This document shows positions 13,325-25,825 of a stretch of 60,257 nt of DNA, piece after piece. Made by a program: the position numbers and the translations under genes. How positions within the stretch are numbered: position 1 is the first letter of the stretch; every line of letters starts with the position of its first letter. Source of the stretch: Octopus bimaculoides (taxonomy: Eukaryota); contig NC_068994.1 in assembly GCF_001194135.2 (NCBI RefSeq), positions 30,043,444 through 30,103,700 on the forward strand, in the 5' to 3' direction. The notes beneath the pieces were generated by a model. It searched no databases, was not told where the DNA came from, and saw only the letters and a program-made list of their open reading frames with translations.

Positions 13325-13700
13325 AAGGCAATCAATCTAGAAGAAAAACTCTGATTCCAAACCCTCAGCTGCCTTGCTATGGGAGTAAACCCTGAATAAA
13401 AAATTGGGAGTCAGAGCCCCCAAAGCAGTTCAACAATGTCTACAACTTTGTTCTGGCAACACTGGTGACAATACTGATGTCAGATTTTAATGGCCAAACT
13501 GTTCCTTTGGATCCATCAGTGACATGGAGTGGGGACACATACTGCATGGGCAACAGCCTGTTCTCCAAACCATACTACTCAGGTTTGGATCCTACCGAAC
13601 ACCCTATGCTGGAGAAATAAAACCCGACAATACACTGGAGAGGATGCTCCAGCCTCACCTACAGCATCAACACAATATGGGGACCAAAAGTTTCCACTTA
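13325..13700 (+). mobile_element. Probable RTE-type LINE 5' region remnant
   Basis: Contains ggcaatcaatctagaagaaaaactctgattccaaacc..gctgccttgc and ctgcatgggcaacagc, resembling RTE 5' sequences as recalled; not verified by search. Confidence 0.4.
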
Positions 13701-13844
13701 TAAGTCATTGCTACAACTCAAACAGTACTGTGGTTTGTATGGCAAAGACTGCCACTCATGTGTTTGGACTTTCTGATCACAATGCTGTTCCAGTCAGGCA
13801 GGCAACTAGGACCTTCATCCATGACCTTTACTAACAGACAGAGG

Positions 13845-13912
<68 letters not shown>

Positions 13913-14518
13913 ACACATATATATATGTATGTATGTTATAGCTACAATAACAATAATTACATTGTGCATTTTTATGTACACACACACACACATACATACA
14001 TACTTTAATTCAAGTATATGAAGTGTATATAATATGTTTAAGTGTACGCATAATTGTGTGAGTGTGCTTTCCAAACTTTGTACAAAAGCCTTTGACTGAA
14101 TCTACACCTTTAATGGTAAGAAAAAACTCATCAGAAAGGCAGTTTACTTGTGATTTTCATGGAAAATAGCAGATATTAGTGATAGAGGGGGACTGTTATA
14201 TCCTTTGTCTAATAGTTTGTGTATATAACTGAGTGTGATGCTACACCTAAGGGGACTGGGGTAAACAGAATATAAACTACTATGCTTTAATTTATTAACC
14301 TTAGCATCATGTAGTTCAGCACAGGTGTGTCAAGACTTTGTATAGAATGAACAGAAGGAGAAACAGTCTGGCAAGAAGAGAGGAAGAGAAAGTAGGAGAA
14401 ATGAAAAGCATAAGTGGGAAAAAGTGGAAGATGTGAGTAAAGAAATATGAGAAAGAAAGAGAGAAAGAGAAACAAACAGGCAGAATCTAGCATGTGTGTG
14501 TGTGTGTATATATATGTA

Positions 14519-14549
<31 letters not shown>

Positions 14550-15834
14550 NNNNNNNNNNNNNNNNNNNNNNNNNNNNNNNNNNNNNNNNNNNNNNNNNNN
14601 NNNNNNNNNNNNNNNNNNNNNNNNNNNNNNNNNNNNNNNNNNNNNNNNNNNNNNNNNNNNNNNNNNNNNNNNNNNNNNNNNNNNNNNNNNNNNNNNNNNN
14701 NNNNNNNNNNNNNNNNNNNNNNNNNNNNNNNNNNNNNNNNNNNNNNNNNNNNNNNNNNNNNNNNNNNNNNNNNNNNNNNNNNNNNNNNNNNNNNNNNNNN
14801 NNNNNNNNNNNNNNNNNNNNNNNNNNNNNNNNNNNNNNNNNNNNNNNNNNNNNNNNNNNNNNNNNNNNNNNNNNNNNNNNNNNNNNNNNNNNNNNNNNNN
14901 NNNNNNNNNNNNNNNNNNNNNNNNNNNNNNNNNNNNNNNNNNNNNNNNNNNNNNNNNNNNNNNNNNNNNNNNNNNNNNNNNNNNNNNNNNNNNNNNNNNN
15001 NNNNNNNNNNNNNNNNNNNNNNNNNNNNNNNNNNNNNNNNNNNNNNNNNNNNNNNNNNNNNNNNNNNNNNNNNNNNNNNNNNNNNNNNNNNNNNNNNNNN
15101 NNNNNNNNNNNNNNNNNNNNNNNNNNNNNNNNNNNNNNNNNNNNNNNNNNNNNNNNNNNNNNNNNNNNNNNNNNNNNNNNNNNNNNNNNNNNNNNNNNNN
15201 NNNNNNNNNNNNNNNNNNNNNNNNNNNNNNNNNNNNNNNNNNNNNNNNNNNNNNNNNNNNNNNNNNNNNNNNNNNNNNNNNNNNNNNNNNNNNNNNNNNN
15301 NNNNNNNNNNNNNNNNNNNNNNNGAGAGAGAGAGAGAGAGGGAGGGTGGAGCAAGGGAGAGAGAGAGACAGAGGGAGAAGGGGGGATTTATTTAGTAAAG
15401 GAAAATATCATGTTGCAAGAATGGAGAGAGATGGGAGAAAATATCTATGGATGTATGAAAATACAAAAATGCCAGCTAGAAAGAGTGAGAGAAATTGTGT
15501 GTGTGTTTGTTTGAAATGGAAAATGAGAGAATGTGTTAGATTAAGAAAGAGAGAGAACAGAAAATATACATGAACAAAAGAAAGAGATAGAGAATAGCAA
15601 TAAAGAAAGTTTGTAAGAGCAAAAAAAAAAAGAGAGAAAGAGAAAGAGAGAAAGAGAAAGAGAGAGAGAGAGAGAGTGAAAAGGTGAAGAAATGCAACTC
15701 ATTTATAGTAATGGACGGCAAGCAGTTTTTAAAGCATCAGATATTCATCACTCTCTCTTTCTTTCTCTCTAACTCTCTATTGCTCCCTTTCTCTTTTCCT
15801 TCTCCTTTCTTGCTCCCTTCTCTTTTCCAACAAT

Positions 15835-17190
15835 TCAGTCACTGGGCTGAGTATGAGAAGGGGTTGTTTGTCCTTGGGTGCTGGAGTCAGTAATCTTTGG
15901 GTTCATATTCGACTGGTTTGACATGCCAAGCCCTGCTGCAGGGAACATTTGCAGAGCATGATAAATATGTGTGGTGTTAGCTGGCACTTGAATAGAAGGG
16001 AAAATCTGAGCAATTGGATACATTGGTGTAGCAGCATTCTGAAATATCTGACCACTTCCAGAGACTGCAGTTGCATTAAGAGACTGTGATGTACCAGCAA
16101 TGTTGAGTGTGTGAAGGACTTTTACTTGTTCATCATGTTGTTCTTGATGATGATGATGGTGGTGGTGGTGATGCTGATGATGATGATCATGCTGTTCCTT
16201 TTCAAATGTCTGGTTATCATCAATGCTTTCATTGTCCTTCTGAGGAACGCAGCTCAGCTTTCGTTCCCCCTTGTTTGGTCGATTATGTCTGATAAGGTGA
16301 TCATTGCGGGCAAATGCATAGCCACAGATCTTACATTTGAATGGTCTCTCACCAGTGTGAATTCTTTTATGAATTTTCAGGTGGTCCTTCCTTGAAAGCG
16401 CTTTGCTACAGATGTCGCAACTGAACATCTTATCTGGTTGATGGCTGGTCATGTGGCGTATCAGGTGGTCGTTGCGTGCAAATGCATAGCCACAAGTTAG
16501 ACATCGATACGGTCGCTCACCAGAGTGGATTCTCTGATGTACTTTAAGGTGATCCCTACGAGATAGTGCTTTATTGCAGATATCGCAGGTAAATAGTTTC
16601 TGGTTGCTGTGAATACGTATATGGCGCACAAGATGATCGTTTCTGGCAAATGCAAAACCACATGTGGGGCATTTAAAAGGACGTTCTCCAGTGTGGATGC
16701 GTTTGTGCACTTTCAAGTGGTCACGTCGAGTTAAAGTCTTGTTGCATATGTCACAGCTATAAAGTTTCTCTGGTGCAACAGCTGCTTGTGTTAGTGTTGT
16801 TACAGTTGGTGTGGTGATGGTGGTGGTGGTGGTGGCGGTGGTATTTACATGAGAATGGCAATGATGGTGATTGTGATTGTGCTGCTGGTGATGATGATGG
16901 TGGTGATGGTGTAGGTGAGGTTGATGAGACTGATGGATGTGAAGGCCAGCATGACTGTTGGAAATGTTTGTGATGGCTTTTCCATCAACATTAGACAAGG
17001 TAGCAGAGGTTGAAACATTAGTTGTGAGAGGAATAGGGTTTGATGGTGTGACAAAAGGACCACTTCCCCACACATCATAGGGTGTGCTCTTCTCAACAGA
17101 AGAACCAGAAGTTACTGTGAAGCTGGAAGTGGCCTTGTTCTCAATAGTTTTAGAAGAGGACTCAACATCGGTATTAGCCATTGAATTCAT
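15835..17190 (-). CDS. C2H2 zinc-finger transcription factor (ZNF-A): 6 fingers in three pairs, His-rich tracts on both sides of the array
   Basis: The ORF has six C-x2-C-x12-H units with (T/S)GERP linkers; the sixth lacks the second His. The ORF track starts at a TTG (17211). The first ATG is at 17190, preceded by ttgctttattttaattcag|ac ATG, a 3' splice acceptor, so an upstream exon (UTR or coding) is likely. Confidence 0.93.
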   Translation of the reverse strand: MNSMANTDVESSSKTIENKATSSFTVTSGSSVEKSTPYDVWGSGPFVTPSNPIPLTTNVSTSATLSNVDGKAITNISNSHAGLHIHQSHQPHLHHHHHHHHQQHNHNHHHCHSHVNTTATTTTTITTPTVTTLTQAAVAPEKLYSCDICNKTLTRRDHLKVHKRIHTGERPFKCPTCGFAFARNDHLVRHIRIHSNQKLFTCDICNKALSRRDHLKVHQRIHSGERPYRCLTCGYAFARNDHLIRHMTSHQPDKMFSCDICSKALSRKDHLKIHKRIHTGERPFKCKICGYAFARNDHLIRHNRPNKGERKLSCVPQKDNESIDDNQTFEKEQHDHHHQHHHHHHHHHQEQHDEQVKVLHTLNIAGTSQSLNATAVSGSGQIFQNAATPMYPIAQIFPSIQVPANTTHIYHALQMFPAAGLGMSNQSNMNPKITDSSTQGQTTPSHTQPSD

Positions 17191-17192
17191 GT

Positions 17193-17212
17193 CTGAATTA
17201 AAATAAAGCAAA
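17193..17212 (-). promoter_or_regulatory. 3' splice acceptor just upstream of the ZNF-A ATG
   Basis: The minus strand reads ttttgctttattttaattCAG|acATG: a pyrimidine-rich tract plus CAG two bases before the start codon. Confidence 0.65.
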
Positions 17213-17586
17213 ATGGTTTAAAATGTCATTATGAAAATTTAGTCAGTCACAATTAGATACTACATGATACCAAATACCACTATGCTGGATAGCAGATTGA
17301 CTTGGTTAAAACATCAACATAATCCTCATCAGTGTTATAATCATCTTCACCATCATCATCAAAATCTTATCTTTCTTTTTTCCATTTATTTTGAATTAAG
17401 TACTTGCCTCCAATGGGCTTTTTTCCTCTTTGGTAACAGCAAATCTAAAATAAACTCTTTGACTCACAAATATGAACTTATGTCATGAAAACAGATAAGC
17501 ATTGAGTTCATATCACATCAACAACAACAAGAATAACAATTAAAAAAATATATAAATATAACTACATATATGTGTATGTGTGTGTG

Positions 17587-17622
<36 letters not shown>

Positions 17623-19830
17623 TAGATACATAGATACATAGATACATAGACAGATAGAGAGAGATATTAAAAAGAGTCTAAAACATAGTACGCAAATTAG
17701 TAGCTGCAGTTCTCTTGAAGCTACTAGATTTGATGTGTATATAAACAGATTCGCTACTTGTTTCCCTGTGATTGGTCAAATGATGTAGACACATCTGAGG
17801 AGACCCCAATAAGGGCCAAAAACTGATTAAGGTTGTCCATTATGTTTTTCAATTTACAAAGAAACAGGTAAATTTGACATGTTTACAGATGTGTATATAA
17901 ATGCAGATTACATAAAAAAAAGTAAGGATGGGAAAGATGGTAACCTCATGTTTGATGTTAAAAATGTAATGAAAACTTTCAAAGCTACCAAGTGGAAATG
18001 GAGTTGTACCTCTAACGATATTTTGTGGTGTGATTATTATTTATGTTATAGTATTTGTGCAGTTTATATTTTGAGAACGGATACAAGGAAATGACAGTTG
18101 TATTGGTGACTAGAATATAGGGAAAGAAGCAAACCACAAAATAATAATAATAAAAAGTGAAAATAATTACTAAATGAGTTTTTCACTCTAATTATTGCAA
18201 TTAACAATTAGCATTTTTAAAGACTCTACTTTTAAAACTGCATTTTGCCACTTTTGTATGTGTTGTGATGATCATTTTCATTGTTATCATCGATGTTATT
18301 AGTTAATGCTTCATACAGTTTCTAATAACTTTATAATACTGTGGAATAATATGAATAACTAAAAATGTAGCTCCCTCAGAATGTGATGTAACAATTACAA
18401 AAGATTAAACAAAATGAATAAACTGAAATGACAAGTTAGAGAGAAGTTGACAAAGCTGGTTGGGGGTCAAAACATGCCACCCTAGAGGATCCATTGTGGA
18501 AAACCAAAAACAAACAAAAAAAAAATGAAGAAGAAAAGGGCCAGAAAATGTTTCAAATTCTCAGGTTCTAAATCAACTTCAAGGTGTTCTGAAAATTGCA
18601 GAGATGGAAATATTCAGTTGAAGGTGACTGGTACCATGGTGAACCACAGACAGGAGCATAGATGGAGCCATTTGGAGATGTGGTACCCCTATAGAGAAGA
18701 AATTAAATAAAAAAGAATCAGTTATAGAGCTGACATCACTATCTCAAATTCGAAAATATATTTTTGTGATATTTTATGCTGCTGCATACCTCGATTAGAC
18801 GAATTTAAGGTGTAACTTGTGAGCTTCATACTCTCCTGATTAACACAGTCAAACACACACATCTTTTTTGGCTTTTTTCTCCCACGTGTTTCAGTCATTG
18901 GATTGCAGCCATACCAGGGCACTGCTTTGAAGGCTTTAGCTGACCAAATCAAACCCAGTAATTACTTTAAGTCAGGTACTTATACCAAACCTGACAAAGG
19001 ACTGGGATATCTGGTACCTTGCTGTACTCAAGAAGATCCAGCTGCCACAGCAGGACTGATACTGGTGCCACATAAAAAGCACCAAGTACACTTTGTGGAG
19101 TAGTTGGCATTAGGAAGGACAACCAGCCATAGAAACCATGCCAGAGCAGACAACGGAACCTGGTGTCACCCCTGGCCTTACCAGCTCCAGTCAAACCATC
19201 CAATCTATGCCAGCATGGAAAATGCATGTTAAATGATGACAATGATGATTAAGTCAGAGGAAGATAAACAAACATCAGTCATCAAGGTGCACATTTATAT
19301 GGTTGGCTTCTGCAGTTTCTCATTCACAAAACATTGATCAGCCAGAGGCTGAAGAAGACACATGCCCAAAGCATTATCAAGTGAGACTGAACCCAGGACC
19401 ATGTGATCGTGAAACAAACTTCTTAACCACACTGCTATCCCAGTGCATGTGTGAGTATGTGTGTTCATGTGTGCATTAAGATATATTTGTATGTATAAAC
19501 ACTTTGTATATACTACACTCAAAAAATAATTATTTAATTATTCCATAAAAATAATTACTGAAACATGAATATCATGAGATAGTCATTAGTTAGACTCATG
19601 GAATTTAAGATGCACAGGAGCATGCCTAGATTGATTTGTCTCATGAATTACCCAAATTAAATGAGCTGTAGATAAACCAATTCTCTTCTTTAACACTACT
19701 TTTATGCTATGAGCTATGAGATAATTTTCAAAATAATCTTTTAGTAGGGTCCAAAGTTATGGTTCATCACAATTCTATATTGTAAGTCCATGGGTGGGCT
19801 TCAGATAAACTGGGTTTTTTCAGAGTGATA

Positions 19831-20123
19831 TATAAGTGACAAATTAAAATAATGGCCATTACATATAATTCCTTTATTATAGCAAATTTAGCTTACAGCT
19901 GTTCCCAGTATTCATTATAGATAGGTTTACTCAATTGGTCTATTGATCAATTGAGGTAAACTGAAAGACCTAAGAAAATTAATGCTACCTACGTCAGAGC
20001 TATTACTGGAATAACAAATGGACCAATTGAGTAAACTATCTATAATGACTACTGGAAACAGCTGTAAGCCAATTTTGCTATGATAAAGGAATTATATGTA
20101 ATGACCATTATTTTAACTTGTTT

Positions 20124-20129
<6 letters not shown>
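19831..20129. mobile_element. TA-flanked MITE with ~110-bp inverted arms (Tc1/mariner-type target)
   Basis: Arms 19831-19940 and 20021-20129 are complementary with scattered mismatches; the element abuts a (TA)n tract. Confidence 0.75.
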
Positions 20130-20165
<36 letters not shown>

Positions 20166-20863
20166 CTGAAAAGTATAGTATTATATATCCACCATGGCTG
20201 ATCTTACCATTCAGTTTCGTGTAAAGAATACAATGGAGTATTAGGTAACAATCTGATTATATAACTTTACATTCATCAAAGNNNNNNNNNNNNNNNNNNN
20301 NNNNNNNNNNNNNNNNNNNNNNNNNNNNNNNNNNNNNNNNNNNNNNNNNNNNNNNNNNNNNNNNNNNNNNNNNNNNNNNNNNNNNNNNNNNNNNNNNNNN
20401 NNNNNNNNNNNNNNNNNNNNNNNNNNNNNNNNNNNNNNNNNNNNNNNNNNNNNNNNNNNNNNNNNNNNNNNNNNNNNNNNNNNNNNNNNNNNNNNNNNNN
20501 NNNNNNNNNNNNNNNNNNNNNNNNNNNNNNNNNNNNNNNNNNNNNNNNNNNNNNNNNNNNNNNNNNNNNNNNNNNNNNNNNNNNNNNNNNNNNNNNNNNN
20601 NNNNNNNNNNNNNNNNNNNNNNNNNNNNNNNNNNNNNNNNNNNNNNNNNNNNNNNNNNNNNNNNNNNNNNNNNNNNNNNNNNNNNNNNNNNNNNNNNNNN
20701 NNNNNNNNNNNNNNNNNNNNNNNNNNCATATAGTCGTAATCTACACTCTCTGAAGAACGTTTGTAGAAAATTTCATTAAAAAATATCTATTTTTCTGAAA
20801 GTTATAATAAAACAAAGTCGAAGGGAGGGCACGCTTGTGTAAGTATGCCTATATATGTGTGTC

Positions 20864-20927
<64 letters not shown>

Positions 20928-23900
20928 CGAGGATATATATACCTCATAAAGGGAACTGAAGTTCTATAATAAATTGATATCTATCTGTCGATTTCTCCAT
21001 CTTCATTCCTTACACACACACACGCACACATATAGTACGTTATAATTTCATTCGGATGTTAACACTGGAGTTTATTTTATTAAGCTCACCCACGGATCCA
21101 GTTTATCAAACACACAATAATCCGGAGATTGTTTTATCAAACACATGCCTAAAAATCCACAAATATCCTTAGAGGTTTTACAATTATAAACAAGGGGAAT
21201 GGAGTGAGCAAATCTTTTTATATTGCATTATAAATACATTTGGCACAGTGACGTAGTGTGGGTTTCTGTCACCCTTTGAGAGATTTCTAAATATGTTTGA
21301 CGTTTTAAAAGAATATTACTAAGTAGAGAATGGAGAATCAGATTCCCATGCAAGTAATATAGAAGTTTACGAAATAGAAAAACTTTTAAATGTTATTTAT
21401 TTTTGCAATCATAATTATCCTCCCCCAGCATCATTATCATCAAAGCGCTAAAAAAAAGTCTGCAAGTGGAACCTGGGAGATCGGGTGCAACAGATATCCA
21501 ATATTTTTTCTGTTATTTTGAGTTCAACTCTCACTAAGGTTAAAACTTTCATTTCCCCTCCTCATCTCATTGGAGAAGAAATAATATCCTATATTTAGTT
21601 GATTTTATCACTATACCCTTCCCATATTTAGCACAAATCAATATTGTCAAATGAAATGTTTACAATTATTATTTTATTGCTGTGTTATAACTGCTGTGGC
21701 AAATAAAGAAATCCTAAAAAATTCATGCAGCTGGGGAAAGTACAAGAGTCGTAACATACTGTCTGTGTCTACCTCGCCTATACGTGTGTAGCCTTGTGCC
21801 AAGTGAGAAATAACCACAGCTTACTTTCGTCTACATTTAAACTCTTGACTAACCGAATCTGCGACGTCGTTTCGATTCCAGGTGAAGTCATTCCATTTCA
21901 GTTGCTATAAGTTAGCGAAATTACACGAATACTACATTCATTTCCCGCTCCAAATTATTAATGTTATTATTATCATTACATTCTTTTTAAGCTTAGGACC
22001 AACAAAATAAATTATAACTATGATTCATTTTGCTCAGCGAAAGGTGACAGTCGAGGGATGGAGGGGGTGGAGACAGTGTGTATAGGAAAATTTAGTAAAA
22101 CCTAAGAAGCAATTTGACAACTACTGGGACAGTGAATCGATTATGGGACACAGTGAATATGGAATGAGCACGGGGAAATATTAAAATAAACTCGAAAAAA
22201 TACAGCACCTTGAGTATAAAACGGCTCCATCAAAGGCGTTCAAGGTATCAGACGGTGTATTCGTAGTGAAATCTCTTCTAAATAGAACGTCTTACAAGTG
22301 TTATTCACGTCCAAATCTGTTTCGCGCTCAGCATCTTTTTTTTTTTCCCCTTTATTATTTTCTGGCAGTAACCATTGTGACAAGAATATTCACGGCTTCT
22401 AGATATTACTGCTACCAGAATAATCAGGAGATATGTTGTACTTGTTTTTAAATAGTCATTATTTCTGAATTACCACATCTTTGGATCTACCAATACGATA
22501 ATAGAACTTCAAAAGAGTGGCTAAATGCCAATCAATTCACACGCTACCATCGTTTAAAAAGTAGTAAATATTGTTTAGTATCGATAACTTTAGGTTTACC
22601 AATATATAAAACGGAATGTACCCTTAAATCATATCTAACCGTGAAAACCAGTGAGGATTCTTCCAAGTAACCTCTTAAAAAAGACAGGACTGTTACGTCT
22701 GCAATGTCGTTAGTGTCCTCACTATACTCTCCCCCACCACTGTCATCTCTTTTGTATTATAGTTCCATTGAAATCTAGGGCGCATAATACAGGTTTTGAT
22801 GGATACTTTATGTTATCCATCTCAGAAGAATAAAAGGCTGCACAATTTGGTCTTAGAATAACGGGTTGTAACTAAATGTTCAGGAATTTTTTCAGTTGCC
22901 CTACCGAATATTTCAATGTCATCCAATTGCTTATTCTAATGATTTCATTAACCTTCACCTTAAAAACATCCAAGCCTTATGACAAAATGAAATCATAACA
23001 TCGGGATTAGAGATAGTAATGATGAAGGCTATGACCAGTTGGCGGTTTTGAAGAAAGGGCATCAAAACGAATTTATTTCTTGTATAAGATTTTACTCTTA
23101 TCATTTCTCAGTTCGTTCTGTAGTTTGTTTTTCTTGTCCCTAAGTCTGTAATCTATGCATGGACAACCTTTTTCGGGAAGTGGATCACAAGATACATGGT
23201 TCATCACCAGGTGAACCGTCCAACTAAAAATAATTCTGAAGTAATTTTTCATTTGGCGTGACATTCAGAAAGTCCCGTAGGCCACAGTTTGATGTAATTG
23301 CTCCCTTCACCTTTTCGTCAAGTTTCCTTGTGTCTGTGGTCAAGGTACTTGCTCATAATCCTGTTTATTTATTTATAAAATAAGAACCACTGAATGGAAA
23401 TTGCACATTCAATTGCTTAGTTCTTTTTCTTGTTCATATTATTGTTTAAACCTATGTCAGCTCTGATCAAAGTATTCCAGCGATGACCATCCAACCCCCT
23501 TGCTGGCATAGTGTGTGTCCTTTCTCCTTTAAAATAGTCAGGCATGGTTTATTTTGAAGGAGAGATTGCTATTTCTAGCAAGCTAAGCTACCCACATAGA
23601 GGCTTTTTATTGACTCAAATTCCTTTTGTCTCTGTTCAAAGAGGTAATTTCAGAGAAGTTTCTGAAGAATGATCAGGCAGCATTAGTTTACACACGAGTA
23701 CACAGAAGAGGAACTTCAAGCGTAACGCAATGTTTTTATTATATTTTTCTTTGCTTTTCATAATTTAGTATAGCAATAAGCTGAGGTAGACCAACATTCT
23801 AGCCCAGAGTAAAATAATAGTCTGCATGCTACCGACTGTTTTATACTTCTTGGTTTTTACTGCAATCAAGCTATAATGTTTTTGAAAGGTATCTATAGGA

Positions 23901-24220
23901 AGCACATGGCCCTAATATACTTTTCTATGCCTTTAAAATGGATACATCACAATAATCATTTGACAAAAATCCAACATTTATTATGCACTCTTAGAAATTT
24001 CTTTTCTTATTCTCACTTTCGCAGTTGCTTTACTCAGTCGTGAATCATTCAAAGTTATTTTGTTTCGCCTGCGCCAGTGTTTGCACTGAAGCCACGGGAG
24101 AAGGCGATTAGTAATTTCTGATTTTTCTGTTTTCTCCGTACCTGTTTCAAACCGTTATTTTACAAGTATTGCATCGTCGTTTTGTACTGTTGCATCATCT
24201 TTAAGAGTAAAAATTGGCCT

Positions 24221-24598
24221 TGGTAAGTAGCTTGCTTACCAACCACATGGTTCCGGTTTCAGTCCCACTGCGTGGTACCTTGGGCAAGTGTCTTCTACTA
24301 TAGCCTCGGGCCGACCAAAGCCTTGTGAGTGGATTTGGTAGACGGAAACTGAAAGAAGCCTGTCGTATATATGTATATATATATATGTGTGTGTGTGTGT
24401 TTGTCCCCCCCCACCATCGCTTGACAACCGATGCCTGTGTGTTTACGTCCCCGTAACTTAGCGGTTCGGCAAAAAGAGACCGATAGAATAAGTACTAGGC
24501 TTACAAAGAATAAGTCCTGGGGTCGATTTGATTCGACTGAAGGCGGTGCTCCAGCATGGCCGCAGTCAAATGACTGAAACAAGTAAAAGAGTAAGAGA
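24221..24598 (+). mobile_element. Octopus-type tRNA-derived SINE (family 1, OR/OK-like), young copy
   Basis: tRNA-like head (tggtaagtagcttgc..ggtttcagtcccactgcgtgg), central (TA)/(TG) microsatellite, and a tail ending ccagcatggccgcagtcaaatgactgaaacaagtaaaagag. CpGs are intact. The family name is from memory. Confidence 0.85.
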
Positions 24599-25825
24599 GC
24601 ATAGTGGTTTTTGAAGTTGAGTTTGTAACATAGGTAACAGATACTTTTTTTTTTCAAGAAATTTTTCCACAGCTTTGGCCTAATTACAATTAACAAGATA
24701 TCTGGATAATTTTTGGTTTTTAACAATCAAAATTCTTTTCTCTGTTGGATTCTTGGTCAATTTTTTCCAACACTAATGTCTAATTCGATCATTTTCAATT
24801 TCTCAAAGAATGATATCAAAAATGGGGGCAAAATGAATATTGACTAATTTCAGTAATTTCTTATCCTTAACTGTATGGTGAGTAAATATTTCAGGAAAAG
24901 AACCACACCAGTAGATCGTGTAGAAGTAATAGAGAATATTTTATGTTGAGTTTTTAGATTTAGTCAAGTTTCGGTAGTTTCTTATCATGTACCATTTTTT
25001 CATGACCCTCTTTCATGTGACCCAAATATTATAAATTTTTGTTGCGTTTCTGATCTTTATGATGTTCATGGATGGATATTGATTTGTACGAGTGTTTTTC
25101 AAATGTAATTCTGGAGAAACGAAGATGCAAATTTATCATATTTTGTCTTACTTATTTTGCCCCACCTAAATTTGTCTTTTGTATGCTCAAACAGAACGGA
25201 GATAATTTTATGAGAACGTGTTGTGAATATGCTATAATGTTTTTAATGTATTTAAAGAAGGTCATTTTCTTAGCTAATATAGTTTTTGTAAGGTAGTGAA
25301 CATATGTAAAAAAATATTTTTTCCTCAAAGTCAAAAATGCAGAAAATACTACTCATTGTGTCCTTTCTTTATAAAAGCTTAAGAGAAACATGAATGACGA
25401 GTGAATTACAAAACGATGACAATGTTTAAAAAATCGGCTATTTACAATTTACTACATGAAGAAATATAACTAAATATACTAATATTGTATGAACACAATT
25501 ATTGCTATTATCTTTTTTCTTTTTTTAAGTCCCAAGTTATACTTGTCTGGCAAGAGATTTTATCTAAAATGAGTATGAGACGTTTTGGTACCGCCTATTT
25601 GATATTCTATTCTACTCTAGGCACAAGTACCAAAATTTGTGGGAAGGGAGCCAGTCGATTAGATCGACTCCAGTACGCAACTGGTACTTAATTTATCGAC
25701 CCGAAAGGATGAAAGGCAAAGCCGACCTCGGCAAAATTTGACTGCCTATTTGATATTGCTGATTCGATTCCGACTTATTTCACAGACATTTTAATGTTTC
25801 TCCTGTTCTCTCTATCTACGTTTAT

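Noticed and set aside
17191-17211. N-terminal MLYFNSD of the 458-aa ORF
   Set aside because: It starts at a TTG and overlaps a polypyrimidine tract plus CAG acceptor, so it is probably intron.
24221-24290. tRNA genes
   Set aside because: The A/B-box-like segments are SINE heads attached to SINE bodies and do not form a full cloverleaf.
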